NCBI GenBank assembly: GCA_963722025.1
Contig: CAVRNE010000091.1
Location: 13,406-77,405, forward strand
Direction: 5' to 3'
Length of the DNA stretch: 64,000 bases
DNA from: an uncultured beta proteobacterium
GTDB lineage: Bacteria > Pseudomonadota > Gammaproteobacteria > Burkholderiales > Burkholderiaceae_C
The position numbers were made by a program, and so were the translations under genes. The notes below the pieces were generated by a model, which was not told the origin of the DNA, searched no databases, and worked only from the letters and a program-made list of their open reading frames with translations. Position 1 is the first letter of the stretch. Every line of letters begins with the position of its first letter. Positions 22,850 through 32,553 of the stretch are shown one piece after another.

Positions 22850-23095
22850 CTAGCCCGGCCGGAACTTTCGCCCGAGGTCTTGGCTTTCCGGCCTCTTGGC
22901 GGCGCCGGCCTTGCTGGACTTGCTGGCACTGCGGGCCGGGCGTTTCTGGTCGCCGCGCTCGGTGGCTTGGCCGCGGTCGCTCGCTGTCTCGTCCATCCCT
23001 ACGGCATCTGCCGAGCCTTCCTCGAACATGTCGGACTCGACGTCGGGCAAGTGGGTGTCGCCGGTCATCTTGGCGTTGTCCTTGGCATAGGGCAT
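22850..23095 (-). CDS. small hydrophilic hypothetical protein
   Basis: 81-aa ORF preceded by AGGAG. Confidence 0.55.
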   Translation of the reverse strand: MPYAKDNAKMTGDTHLPDVESDMFEEGSADAVGMDETASDRGQATERGDQKRPARSASKSSKAGAAKRPESQDLGRKFRPG

Positions 23096-23167
23096 TCAAT
23101 TACTCCTGGATGAAGGGTGGTGGAATAGAGAAAATCTACGCTGTTTTTCGTGGCTGAGCCGCCGCGA

Positions 23168-23194
23168 TGTCGATTCCAATCGTTGCCATTCGTC
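23168..23194 (+). promoter_or_regulatory. putative ECF42-type sigma promoter
   Basis: TGTCGA-N17-CGTC directly upstream of a DGPF/YCII gene. Confidence 0.6.
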
Positions 23195-23229
23195 GTATGG
23201 GCGTAACCATCAACCTCGAAGGACAAGAC

Positions 23230-23636
23230 ATGAAATATCTCTGCCTGGCCTACTACGATCCCAAGAAATTCGCCGCCATGCCGCCCGCCGAAGTGCGGGC
23301 CCTGGTGAGCCAATGCCCCCCGCGCGACGCCGAGCTCAGGAAGACCGGCAAGCTTTTGCTGAGCGCTTCCCTGCAAGGGCCCGAAGCCGCATTCGCCCTG
23401 CGCCCGCGCGGCGGCAAGCCCCAGTTGACTGATGGCCCGTACACCGAATCCAAGGAACTGGTTGGGGGCTTTTTCATCATCGAGGCGGCCGACCGGCAAG
23501 AGGCGGTGCGTGTCGCCTCCATCCACCCGGCCGCCAACCTGGGCGAGCAGGTGGGGTGGGGCATCGAGATCCACCCCATCGGCTTTTTCGAGCAGTACGG
23601 CCGACCTGCAGACACGTACACTCGCGGCGGCGCTGA
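23230..23636 (+). CDS. YCII-related (DGPF) protein; native stop not seen, end approximate
   Basis: TDGPYTESKELVGGFFII, IEIHP. Confidence 0.8.
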
Positions 23637-23637
23637 C

Positions 23638-23988
23638 TCAGCACGCACATGGCCAAGCCTTCACATCCCCCGGCGGCCGGTAGTTGATCGACGACGCCTT
23701 CTTCAGGGCCGAGAGCGTTTCCTCAACGCTCAGCAGGACCGTGGTGTTCATGGAGCTGAGCGCTCCGCCGGCCCCGATGGCAAGGGCGGTGGCAGCCATC
23801 GAGGCGTTATCTGGCGCCTCCCACAAGGCGTATCCGTCGTGCTCACCGAAGGCATACCAGAAGCCGTGCAGCTTGCCGCCGACCGCTTCGATGTACTGCG
23901 TGGCGGCCACTCGGCGGTCTTCGGGATTCTTGATGAGCTTCGCCCATGTCGCGGGCGTGTAACTGAAGCGGGTCAGGTAGAGCGGCAT
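23638..23988 (-). CDS. GYD domain protein
   Basis: VGGKL.GFWYAFGEHDG, TTVLL, YRPPG. Confidence 0.8.
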   Translation of the reverse strand: MPLYLTRFSYTPATWAKLIKNPEDRRVAATQYIEAVGGKLHGFWYAFGEHDGYALWEAPDNASMAATALAIGAGGALSSMNTTVLLSVEETLSALKKASSINYRPPGDVKAWPCAC

Positions 23989-24194
23989 GGCGTTTCTCCT
24001 TCGCTTGGGCTCGCCGGACACGATTGCCGGCGCGCTGTTTCAGTATGCGCTTGCTCGCCTCGCATCACAACATCGCGGGAGCGGTCCTACAGCCCTCATC
24101 AGGCGGCTGCTCTTGTGCATCAGCGCGTGCGCCGACATCTCTTCTGGCGGCGAGGCGATTAATTTGCAGTTGTGCACCTAACCCAGGAGACCCC

Positions 24195-24785
24195 ATGGAT
24201 ACAAACCTCATTCTGATCGGTGTCGTCATCCTTCTTCTGCTCGCGGCAGCCGTTTGGCTGCAGATGCGAAAGAAGAAGGAGTCGCAAACGCTGGAGAAGC
24301 GGTTCGGGCCCGAGTACGACCGCGCCGTCGAGGAACTCGGCAGCCGGCCGAAAGCTGAAGCTGAACTCAAGGCTCGCCAGAAACGCGTGGAGCAACTCCA
24401 CATCGTCCCGCTGGCGCCGGCCGAGGCCAGGCGATTCAGTGAATCATGGCGCGTCCTGCAGGGCCGCTTCGTCGACAACCCCAAGGATGTGCTGGCCGAT
24501 GCCGACCTGCTGGTTCGCGAGTTGATGCAAAAGCGCGGCTACCCGATGGGCGATTTCGATAGCCGTGCAGCGGACATTTCCGTTGACCACCCGGCCGTCG
24601 TCGATCACTACCGCGCCGCGCACGATATCGCGCTGCGCGACCGCCACGGCGACGTGGACACGGAAGGTATGCGCCAGGCGGTCATTCACTTGCGCGCCTT
24701 GTTCGCCGAACTGCTGGAGGTGGAAGAGCCCCAGCCCGTGCGCGAGCAGTTCCAGGACCAAAAGCATATGGAGACGCAATCATGA
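24195..24785 (+). CDS. conserved hypothetical membrane-anchored protein
   Basis: RBS AGGAG, N-terminal TM helix, RFGPEYDRAV, FVDNP. Confidence 0.8.
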   Translation: MDTNLILIGVVILLLLAAAVWLQMRKKKESQTLEKRFGPEYDRAVEELGSRPKAEAELKARQKRVEQLHIVPLAPAEARRFSESWRVLQGRFVDNPKDVLADADLLVRELMQKRGYPMGDFDSRAADISVDHPAVVDHYRAAHDIALRDRHGDVDTEGMRQAVIHLRALFAELLEVEEPQPVREQFQDQKHMETQS

Positions 24786-25151
24786 GCAAAGAGCAGGACG
24801 AAAAGAGTTTCGGTACGGCAGACTTCTCGGTAGGGACGCGGGCGCCGCAGGCCCGGGAGCGCGAAACGGATGACGAGCAGCTGGCTGCGCTGTTCCCGCC
24901 CGAGACGGCGGAGGGCTTCCGCGCGGACTGGGATGCTGTCCAGATCGGCTTTGTCGACGACCCGAGAAAGGCCGTACGGCAGGCGGATGAACTGGTCGCC
25001 TCGGTGATGAAGACCCTTGCGGAAAGCTTCGCCAGCCCAGCGCATCAGCATAGAGACGGACGTCGGCCAGGACGAGCAGGCTTCGACCGAGAACCTGCGG
25101 GTGGCGCTGCGCCGCTACCGGTCGTTCTTCGAGCGCTTGCTATCGCTTTGA
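24782..25151 (+). CDS. conserved hypothetical protein paralogous to the upstream gene (frameshift near 25037)
   Basis: ATGA overlap; W..Q..FVDDP...AD.LV; corrected end STENLRVALRRYRSFFERLLSL. Confidence 0.75.
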
Positions 25152-26261
25152 AGCCAGGCTGTCCTTCAACGCGTCTGCGAGCGTGCGGTTGAGGCGGGCC
25201 TCGAGCAGGCCCAGCACCGCCGCTTCCTCTGGCTTGAGGCAGGCGAGTTCATCGCGCAACTCGGCCTCCACCTGCTCCTTGATCTCAAGGAGCAGGGCGC
25301 CCTCAACGTACGCTGACAGCACTTCGGGGTGCACGTAGCATTTGCGGCAGATGGTGGGCGTATTGCCCAGGCGCGATGCGACGCGCTCGATGGCGGCGCG
25401 AATGTTCTTCTTCGCGCCGGCCTGCGTATCGAAGCGTTCGAATTCGCGCAGCGCCAGGGCGGCCAGCACGGTTCCGGCCCAGGTGCGGAAATCCTTGGCC
25501 GTGATGTCGCGGCCGGTGATCTCCCGCAGGTAGGCGTTCACGTCGGCGGAAGTCACGTCGCTTGAGTTCGCCGTTTTCGTCGACGTACTGGAAGAGTTCC
25601 TGGCCGGGCAGTTCCTGGCACTGCCTTGACGATCCTGGCGATGCGCCGGTCCTTCACCTGCAGCCGCCAGGTCTTGCCGCTCTTGCCCTTGAACTGGAAT
25701 CGCAATTCCGAGCCGTTGACCTTGACGTGCGGATTGCGCAAGGTGGTCAGCCCGTAGCTCTTGTTCGTCCGGGCGTAGTCGTCGTTGCCGACCCGGATCA
25801 GGGTGGTTTCCAGCAGATGAACGACAGTGGCCAGCACCTTCTCGCGCGGCAGCCCGCGCAACCCCATGTGCTCGGCGAGCCTGGCGCGGATCGCGGGCAG
25901 TGCCCGGGCGAAATCCATCATGTGCTCGTACTTCGTGCTCTCGCGGACTTCGCGGAACTGCGGGTGATACTTGTATTGCTTGCGGCCCCTGGCGTCGCGG
26001 CCGGTGGCCTGGATATGGCCGCTGGGCTTGGGGCAGATCCACACGTCGGTCCAGGCGGGCGGGATGGCGAGCTTGCGGATCCGCTCCAGCGTGGCCGCAT
26101 CGCCGACGGGCTCGCCGTCAGCCTTCAGATAAGCGAAGCCCTCGCCCTTGCTGCCGGCGCTGGATGCCGCGCTGCTCGTCGGACACATAGACCAGCCCGG
26201 CCGATTCCGCCGCGTCCCGCGGATCGACGATGGCTGGGGCTTGCGCTTGCGCCTGTCGCAT
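25140..26261 (-). CDS. DNA topoisomerase IB (poxvirus-like bacterial type), about 3 frameshifts
   Basis: IPPAWTDVWI, GRDARGRKQY, IRVGN, FKGKSG, KDFRTW, LGNTPTICRKCYVHP. Confidence 0.92.
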
Positions 26262-26318
26262 GCGAGGAGTATCGGCCGCAAGCGCGAAACCCGGCCGTAG
26301 GACAATCGCTACGCTTTG

Positions 26319-27562
26319 CTACCAGCTCGCCGCCATCGAGTCGGGCGAGAAGCGCGGATCGCGGGTGATAGTCCCCAGGTCGACGAACTCCATGTCCGAC
26401 ATCTTGATCGCGCGCATCTGGCCGTTGGTGCGCAGGTCCCACGCGGCGTTCGGTTCGCCCTGCACGTGGAAGTCGGCGCCATTGTCCGACACGTACAGGC
26501 CGTAGCGCTTCGCCGCCGTGGCCAGCGCCTTGGCCTGCGGGGTCCAGTCATCGGGGATCACGAAGTCGGCCTTGAGCCGCAGCAACGCGCCGAAAGGGAT
26601 AGCGCCCGGGTTGTCGCCGCCGGCGGCAAAACGCGCGGGCCACTGTGTCTCGAGCGCCAGCGCGGCATCACGGAAGGTGACGCGCAGGGCATGCCTGATC
26701 TCGCCCGACGAAGCCTCGGCCGCCTTCGCCAGCAGTGGCGTGATCGGCAAGCCCGCGGCATCGGCCGAGGGTCCGCCGTTGGGCCGCAGCGCCAGCGATT
26801 TCAGGTCCCAGGCCGCGGTGAGACCGGAGTGCCACTGGCCCGACAGGTTGTAGGAGAAGAAGCTTTCCCACAGGCGGCAGGCGCCCTTTTCCACCACCAG
26901 CACGTGCTTGTCGCCGCAGGTATTGGGGTCATTGCACAGCCCGTCTTCGCTGAGCAGCTTCGAGGCCACCGGGAAGGGAAAGCGCCGCTGGCCGGCGGGC
27001 ACCGCACTGCAGTTGCGGGTGATGCCGAAGCCGCCGTTGCCATCGGACACGGCACAGTCACTCTTGTCGGCGTAGCCTCGCTCGCCGCCGGCGGAGAAGT
27101 CGTACGAGACAACGGGCCAGTCGGTGGTGGCGGCGGTGCCATCCACGACGTTGATAGGCATACCCCAGTACGTGCCGTAGTCGGCCTGGTTTTCGTTGAC
27201 GCCCCAGTCGGTCCAGAACGGCAGGTCGCGGCCGGCAATGTTGACCCAGTCGTTGCTTTTCGCATGCGCCGGGAAGCGCGAAACGTCGTCGATCCGCGTG
27301 TTGAAGATCGCATTGGCGGGGAACAACTCGCAATCGCCGAGCATGGGGGCTGATGACGAAAGAGGCGAGGGCGCCGCAGCGGTGGACGAGCCGGCCGCCG
27401 ATGCAGGCGCCGAAGCAGGGCTGGCGCCGAGGAAGGCAGGGCCGCCGATGAAGTGGGGCTGGTGCCGCCACCGCCACCGCCGCCGCCGCATCCCGCCAAG
27501 CCCGCCAAAGCCGCGCTAGATAGAAACCATGCCAACCCACGCCATCTGTTGTTCTCAACCAT
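26319..27562 (-). CDS. putative lipoprotein of unknown function (frameshift in the linker)
   Basis: Lipobox LAGC, Gly/Ser/Ala/Pro linker, Cys-containing globular domain. Confidence 0.75.
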
Positions 27563-27743
27563 TCGCACCTCTTTTCGACAAAGGCACGCATTGTGAGAAG
27601 GAAGATCCGCTTTACAACCGTCACCGGCTGAAAGGCTGTAGGGCGTTACGTTACGAACCGGCGCCCAGACTGTGAAATATGTCGCGGCTGCGTCGGTTGA
27701 TGACCTGATTTCTTGTCGTTACAAAGGCCGGCGCGCCTTGCCA

Positions 27744-28508
27744 TCAGGTCGCCCCGTGGCACTTCTTGTACTTCTTGCCGCTCCCGCAGGGACAGGGATC
27801 GTTGCGGCCCGGCTCGGGCTGCTTGCGAACGGCTTCGATGCGCGGGCCCAGGCTCTTCCATAGCTGGCGCAGGTCGTACACCGCCCAGATGGCGCCGCCG
27901 AGATCATCCAGCCGCTGCTCGCTCACGCTGGCCGGCCCGTCCTGCGCGAACATGGAAATCGACGGCTTGCCGCGGTCGTCCTCCGTCAACACGACAATGG
28001 CGCTGAGCGCGTTATCCAGCATCTGCGCCGCTTCGGGGTCGCGTGGCGGCAGCCAGTCTTCGGGCCAGGTTTCCACGGCATACATGAAGCCCAGGGCCCA
28101 GACCTGCGCATAGGCGGGCAGCGCCGCGATATCTGTTTCGCCGCGCTCGGACTCGGGCAGGGCCAGCACGGCGCCGCGCGTGTCCAGCGTTTCCGGCTGA
28201 TAGGTGCGCTCGTCGTCCAGCGTTTCTACCGGCGCGTCCAGCGCCGCGGCCACCTCGGCCCAGCGCCGGCGCCATCGCCACACGAACTCCATGTGCGCGG
28301 CCGGCTGGAAACCATCGCCCAGCAGCACCGGCCAGTATTCATCCGGCGCGACGGCGCGGCGCGAACATACCAGCGCGGCCAGGAATCCTTCGCAGAATTC
28401 CCATTGGGGGATCTCCTCGTCTTGCTCGCGAAGGGCATCGAGCTCGGCATCCTGGGCGTCGAAATCCTCAGGGCCCAGAGGCGTGTTGGTGTCGGGTGTT
28501 GGAGTCAT
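27744..28508 (-). CDS. YecA/UPF0149 family protein with SEC-C motif
   Basis: [34 protein letters not shown]. Confidence 0.88.
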   Translation of the reverse strand: MTPTPDTNTPLGPEDFDAQDAELDALREQDEEIPQWEFCEGFLAALVCSRRAVAPDEYWPVLLGDGFQPAAHMEFVWRWRRRWAEVAAALDAPVETLDDERTYQPETLDTRGAVLALPESERGETDIAALPAYAQVWALGFMYAVETWPEDWLPPRDPEAAQMLDNALSAIVVLTEDDRGKPSISMFAQDGPASVSEQRLDDLGGAIWAVYDLRQLWKSLGPRIEAVRKQPEPGRNDPCPCGSGKKYKKCHGAT

Positions 28509-28644
28509 GGGAACCTTCGATTGTGCCTGCGTCAACACGATAAGGCCGAGCCTCACGTCAGGCATGCACTCTTTCCTACAGCCTGTTTCCCGCAGCTGAA
28601 GAAAACTGAATAATCTATAGTAGTTACCACCGACGGGGGCTACC

Positions 28645-28968
28645 ATGGACGAGCCCGCTTTTCGCACCCTGCTGTATCGCTACTTCTTTTTCGACTGGCT
28701 GTTCAAGGACGTCGACACGGGCAATGTGTTCGAGCGCGCCGCAGCCGTGCGCCACAACCGCGAGCAGGCACGGTGGTTGCCCGTGTACGTGCTGCGATGG
28801 CTGTGGTGGGGCCTGGCGTTCTACGCGCTCGGCAGTGTGGCCGAGCTGATCCTCGAGGCGACAATCCTGTCCACGCTGTTCTATGTGATCAGCGGTCTCA
28901 GCGTTCCGTTCAACGTCGCCATCGCGGTGGCATGGATAGGGCTCAAGGGCATGCACGGACCCGTTTGA
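28645..28968 (+). CDS. small membrane hypothetical protein
   Basis: 107-aa ORF with two hydrophobic segments. Confidence 0.65.
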   Translation: MDEPAFRTLLYRYFFFDWLFKDVDTGNVFERAAAVRHNREQARWLPVYVLRWLWWGLAFYALGSVAELILEATILSTLFYVISGLSVPFNVAIAVAWIGLKGMHGPV

Positions 28969-28992
28969 AGTGCCAGGATCAATAATGGGCCG

Positions 28993-30330
28993 ATGAGACC
29001 TTATCGGATCGGATCAGGAGCCGGCTATTCCGGCGACCGCATAGATCCCGCGCAGGACCTGGCCGCGCGCGGCGAACTCGATGCCCTGGTTTTCGAATGC
29101 CTGGCCGAACGCACGATCGCCCTGGCGCAACTGCGCCGTGCGCAGGATCCCGCGCACGGTTACGACCCGCTGCTGAAGGAGCGCATGCGCGCGGTGCTGC
29201 CCGCTTGCGTGAAGCAGGGGATCACCGTGATTACCAACATGGGCGCGGCCAATCCTCTCGCCGCAGGCCAGGCGGTGCTGCAGGTGGCGCGCGAGCTCGG
29301 GCTTGCCCGCCTGCGCGTGGCCGTGGTCACGGGCGACGACGTGTTGCCCTGGATGCGTGAGCACGACGTGCCCCTGCTTGATTCCGCTCAGTCGGTTCGC
29401 AGCCTGGACGGCCGGCTGATATCGGCCAACGCCTATCTCGGCGCGGATGCGCTGCTGCCCGCGCTGCAGTCGAACGCCGACGTCGTGATCACCGGGCGAG
29501 TGGCCGATCCGGCGTTGTTCCTGGCGCCGCTCATGCACCACTTCGGCTGGAAGGCCGACGACTGGCAGCGCTTGGGGCAGGGAATCGTTGTCGGTCACCT
29601 GCTCGAGTGCGCGGCCCAGGTCAGCGGGGGCTACATTGCCGACCCGGGTTATGTGGACGTGCCCGGGCTGGACGAGGTGGGCTTCCCGTTGGCCGAGGTG
29701 CGGCCCGACGGCCGGATCGTCATCACCAAGCTGGCCGGCACGGGCGGACGCATCGACCGTCTCACCTGCACCGCCCAGCTGCTCTACGAACTGGAAGACC
29801 CGAGCCGCTATCTGCAGCCGGATGTCGTGGCGGATTTTTCCGGCGTGCACCTGCGCGAGGACGGGCCCGACCGCGTGCGAGTCGAGGGCGCCACCGGACA
29901 TCCCCGGCCCGATAGCCTGAAAGTGACGCTGGGCTATCGCGACGGGTTCATAGGCGAGGGACAGATCTCCTATGCGGGGCCGGGCGCCCGCGCGCGCGGC
30001 GAGTTGGCGCTGGCCGTGCTGGAGCGCCGCCTGCAGCGGCTGGGACTCGATGCGCTGGAGCATCGCGCTGAACTGATCGGCGTCAATGCCATGCACGGTC
30101 CCGCGCTGGGCGCGGATCGCGAGCCTTATGAAGTGCGGGTTCGGCTGGCGGCGCGCACCACGACCCGTGACCAGGCTGAGCAGGTGGGCCGGGAGGTGGA
30201 AGCCATGTACCTGAACGGCCCGGGGGGCGGCGGGGGCGTGACGCAGTCGGTGCGCGAAGTGGTTGCGGCGGCCTCGGCGCTGATTCCCCGCGACGCTGTC
30301 CGCCCCGAATGCCATCTATTGGAGTTGTGA
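28993..30330 (+). CDS. acyclic terpene utilisation AtuA family (DUF1446) protein
   Basis: RIG.GAGYSGDR, FECLAERT, VITGRVAD, GHLLEC. Confidence 0.88.
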   Translation: MRPYRIGSGAGYSGDRIDPAQDLAARGELDALVFECLAERTIALAQLRRAQDPAHGYDPLLKERMRAVLPACVKQGITVITNMGAANPLAAGQAVLQVARELGLARLRVAVVTGDDVLPWMREHDVPLLDSAQSVRSLDGRLISANAYLGADALLPALQSNADVVITGRVADPALFLAPLMHHFGWKADDWQRLGQGIVVGHLLECAAQVSGGYIADPGYVDVPGLDEVGFPLAEVRPDGRIVITKLAGTGGRIDRLTCTAQLLYELEDPSRYLQPDVVADFSGVHLREDGPDRVRVEGATGHPRPDSLKVTLGYRDGFIGEGQISYAGPGARARGELALAVLERRLQRLGLDALEHRAELIGVNAMHGPALGADREPYEVRVRLAARTTTRDQAEQVGREVEAMYLNGPGGGGGVTQSVREVVAAASALIPRDAVRPECHLLEL

Positions 30331-30331
30331 G

Positions 30332-30646
30332 ATGAAAGTGCGCGACATTGCGATGGCCCGTTCGGGCGACAAGGGCAACCGGGCCACGCTCAGCGTGATC
30401 GCGCGCGACCCGGCCGACTACCCCCTGCTGGAACGCGTCCTGACGGCCGAGCGCGTGCGGGCGCAATACGAGGGCGTTGTCCACGGTACGGTCCAGCGCT
30501 ATCCGCTGCCCCAACTGGGAGCCCTGCAATTCGTCATGAACGATGCGCTGGGCGGCGGTGTGACCCGCTCATTGGCGCTGGATGCGCACGGCAAGACCCT
30601 GGGCTTCGCCATTCTCGATGTCTCCCTGGATACCGATCTGGCCTAA
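30332..30646 (+). CDS. stand-alone AtuA C-terminal-like small protein
   Basis: ARSGDKGN, LGGGVTRSL.LD.HGK. Confidence 0.85.
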   Translation: MKVRDIAMARSGDKGNRATLSVIARDPADYPLLERVLTAERVRAQYEGVVHGTVQRYPLPQLGALQFVMNDALGGGVTRSLALDAHGKTLGFAILDVSLDTDLA

Positions 30647-30680
30647 ACTTGTCATACAAGTAACTCAAAGGAGACTTTTC

Positions 30681-31652
30681 ATGCGCCTTGCCTTCCGTTC
30701 GCTGGCCGTGCTGTTTGCTGCCGTGCTCGGCACTTCCGCCGCGCTGGCCCAGCCGTATCCGAGCAAGCAGCCCATCAAGGCTGTCGTGCCTTTCGCGCCA
30801 GGCAGCGCCACGGACCAGATCGGGCGCGCCTTCGCGGCGAAGATGCAGGAAACGCTGGGGCAAACCATCGTGGTCGACAACAAGCCCGGCGTCAACGGCA
30901 TGCTGGGCGCCGACGCCGTGGCCAAGTCGCCACCCGACGGCTACACCATCCTGATCGGCACCAACAGCACCAATGCGGCGCTCAAGAGCTTGATGAAAAA
31001 GCTCCCCTATGACCAGGACACGGCGTTCGTTCCGGTGGCCTACATGGGTTCCGTGCCGCTGATCGTCGCCGTCAACAACGACGTGCCTGCCAAGACCCTG
31101 CGCGAGCTGGTCGACATGGCCAAGGCCAAGCCCGGCCATGTGACATTTGCCAGTGCCAGCACATCGCAGCTGGTCTCCACCGAAATGCTGGCCAGCATGG
31201 CGGGCGTGCAGCTGACCAACGTGCCCTACAAGAGCGGCCCCGCCGCCATGACCGACCTCATCGGCGGGCAGGTCATGATGTTCACCGCGGACTTCGCCGT
31301 CATGCTGCCCCAGGTCAAGGGCGGCAAGATCCGCGGCCTGGCCGTGACATCGACCAAGCGCTCGCCGGCGATCCCCGAACTGCCGACGGTCAATGAGGCC
31401 TTGGGCCTGAAAGACTATGAGCTGATCGCCTACTTCGCCGTGTATGCGCCGGCGGGAACGCCGCCCGACATCGTCGCCAAGCTCAACCAGGCGGTGAATG
31501 CGGCGGCGCAGAGCAAGGACATCCAGGAGAAATTCACGGCCATCGGGTTCACGGTGGAGCCAGGAACGCCGGAAGCGCTGGCGCAGCGCGGCAAGGTCGA
31601 AACGGCCAAGTGGGCGAAGGCGATCAAGGACGCCAAGATCGAGCCGCAGTGA
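30681..31652 (+). CDS. Bug/TctC tripartite tricarboxylate transporter substrate-binding protein
   Basis: Signal peptide, VPFAPGS.TD, DNKPG, PDGYT, VPYK. Confidence 0.92.
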   Translation: MRLAFRSLAVLFAAVLGTSAALAQPYPSKQPIKAVVPFAPGSATDQIGRAFAAKMQETLGQTIVVDNKPGVNGMLGADAVAKSPPDGYTILIGTNSTNAALKSLMKKLPYDQDTAFVPVAYMGSVPLIVAVNNDVPAKTLRELVDMAKAKPGHVTFASASTSQLVSTEMLASMAGVQLTNVPYKSGPAAMTDLIGGQVMMFTADFAVMLPQVKGGKIRGLAVTSTKRSPAIPELPTVNEALGLKDYELIAYFAVYAPAGTPPDIVAKLNQAVNAAAQSKDIQEKFTAIGFTVEPGTPEALAQRGKVETAKWAKAIKDAKIEPQ

Positions 31653-31667
31653 GGCGAGCTTCAGCCC

Positions 31668-32459
31668 TCACCACTTGTTGCGCAGTTCCCGCAGCTTGGT
31701 GAATACCGTCTTCGCGTCGGGCTTGTCCGGCAGCTCGGGAAAGTCCTCGCGCAGGCGGGCGATCACACCCGGGCTGTCCAGGCGCATGAAAGTATTGATC
31801 TGCTTTTCGTCGGCCAGCGTCGTGACGGTTGACTTCGCCGGGTCGTGGCCGGTCACCTGCGGCAGCATCGCCCGCGCAGCCGCGTTGTCCGGTTCGCGTG
31901 CCAGTGTGAATCGCAGGTTGTTTTCGATGTAGTCGTGGCCCGGGTAGACGAGCGTGTTGGGGGGCAGTTTGCCCAACTGGCCGACGAACGTGGCATAGAG
32001 CTCCTCCACATTGCCGCCGTTGTGCACGTTGCCGGCGCCCGCGTTGAACAGCGTGTCGCCCGAGAACAGGGCCGGCTGGTCGGTGTGTGAGCGCAGGCAG
32101 ATATGGCACATCGTGTGACCCGGCGTGTCCATGCACTCGAGCTCGACGCGCTTGCCGACCTTGATGACGTCGCCGGCCTTGACGCCTCGGTCTACGCCCG
32201 GGATGAGCCTGGCGGCGCGATGGTGCGCGATCACCTTGGCGCCGGTGGCGGCCACCACGGCCGCGTTGCCGCCGATATGGTCGTGGTGCTCGTGGGTGTT
32301 CAGGATCTGGGTGATCTGCCAGCCCTTGACCCGGGCGGTCGCCAGTGTCTTTTCATGGTCCAGCGGGTCGATCGCAAGGGCTTCCCCGGTGTCCGGGCAG
32401 GCCACCAGGTAGTTGAAGTTGCGCAGCGCGTTGCCGGTCCAGATTCGCTCGACGATCAT
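31668..32459 (-). CDS. hydroxyacylglutathione hydrolase family (glyoxalase II-like)
   Basis: THEHHDHIGG, TPGHT, FSGDTLF, PGHDY, LRELRNKW. Confidence 0.88.
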   Translation of the reverse strand: MIVERIWTGNALRNFNYLVACPDTGEALAIDPLDHEKTLATARVKGWQITQILNTHEHHDHIGGNAAVVAATGAKVIAHHRAARLIPGVDRGVKAGDVIKVGKRVELECMDTPGHTMCHICLRSHTDQPALFSGDTLFNAGAGNVHNGGNVEELYATFVGQLGKLPPNTLVYPGHDYIENNLRFTLAREPDNAAARAMLPQVTGHDPAKSTVTTLADEKQINTFMRLDSPGVIARLREDFPELPDKPDAKTVFTKLRELRNKW

Positions 32460-32553
32460 TGGGCCTCCTTCACTTGGGCGACTGCGGACGATTGTAGGGT
32501 GGCGGCGGCAAATCCCTGAACTCCGCCGCTGTTTTCAGGGTCCAACGACTCTA

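Noticed and set aside
25140-26261. TopIB read as a phage integrase marking a prophage
   Set aside because: Motifs match topoisomerase IB; no phage genes nearby
27464-27490. (CCG/CCA)n run
   Set aside because: Encodes the poly-Gly linker after a lipobox; ordinary
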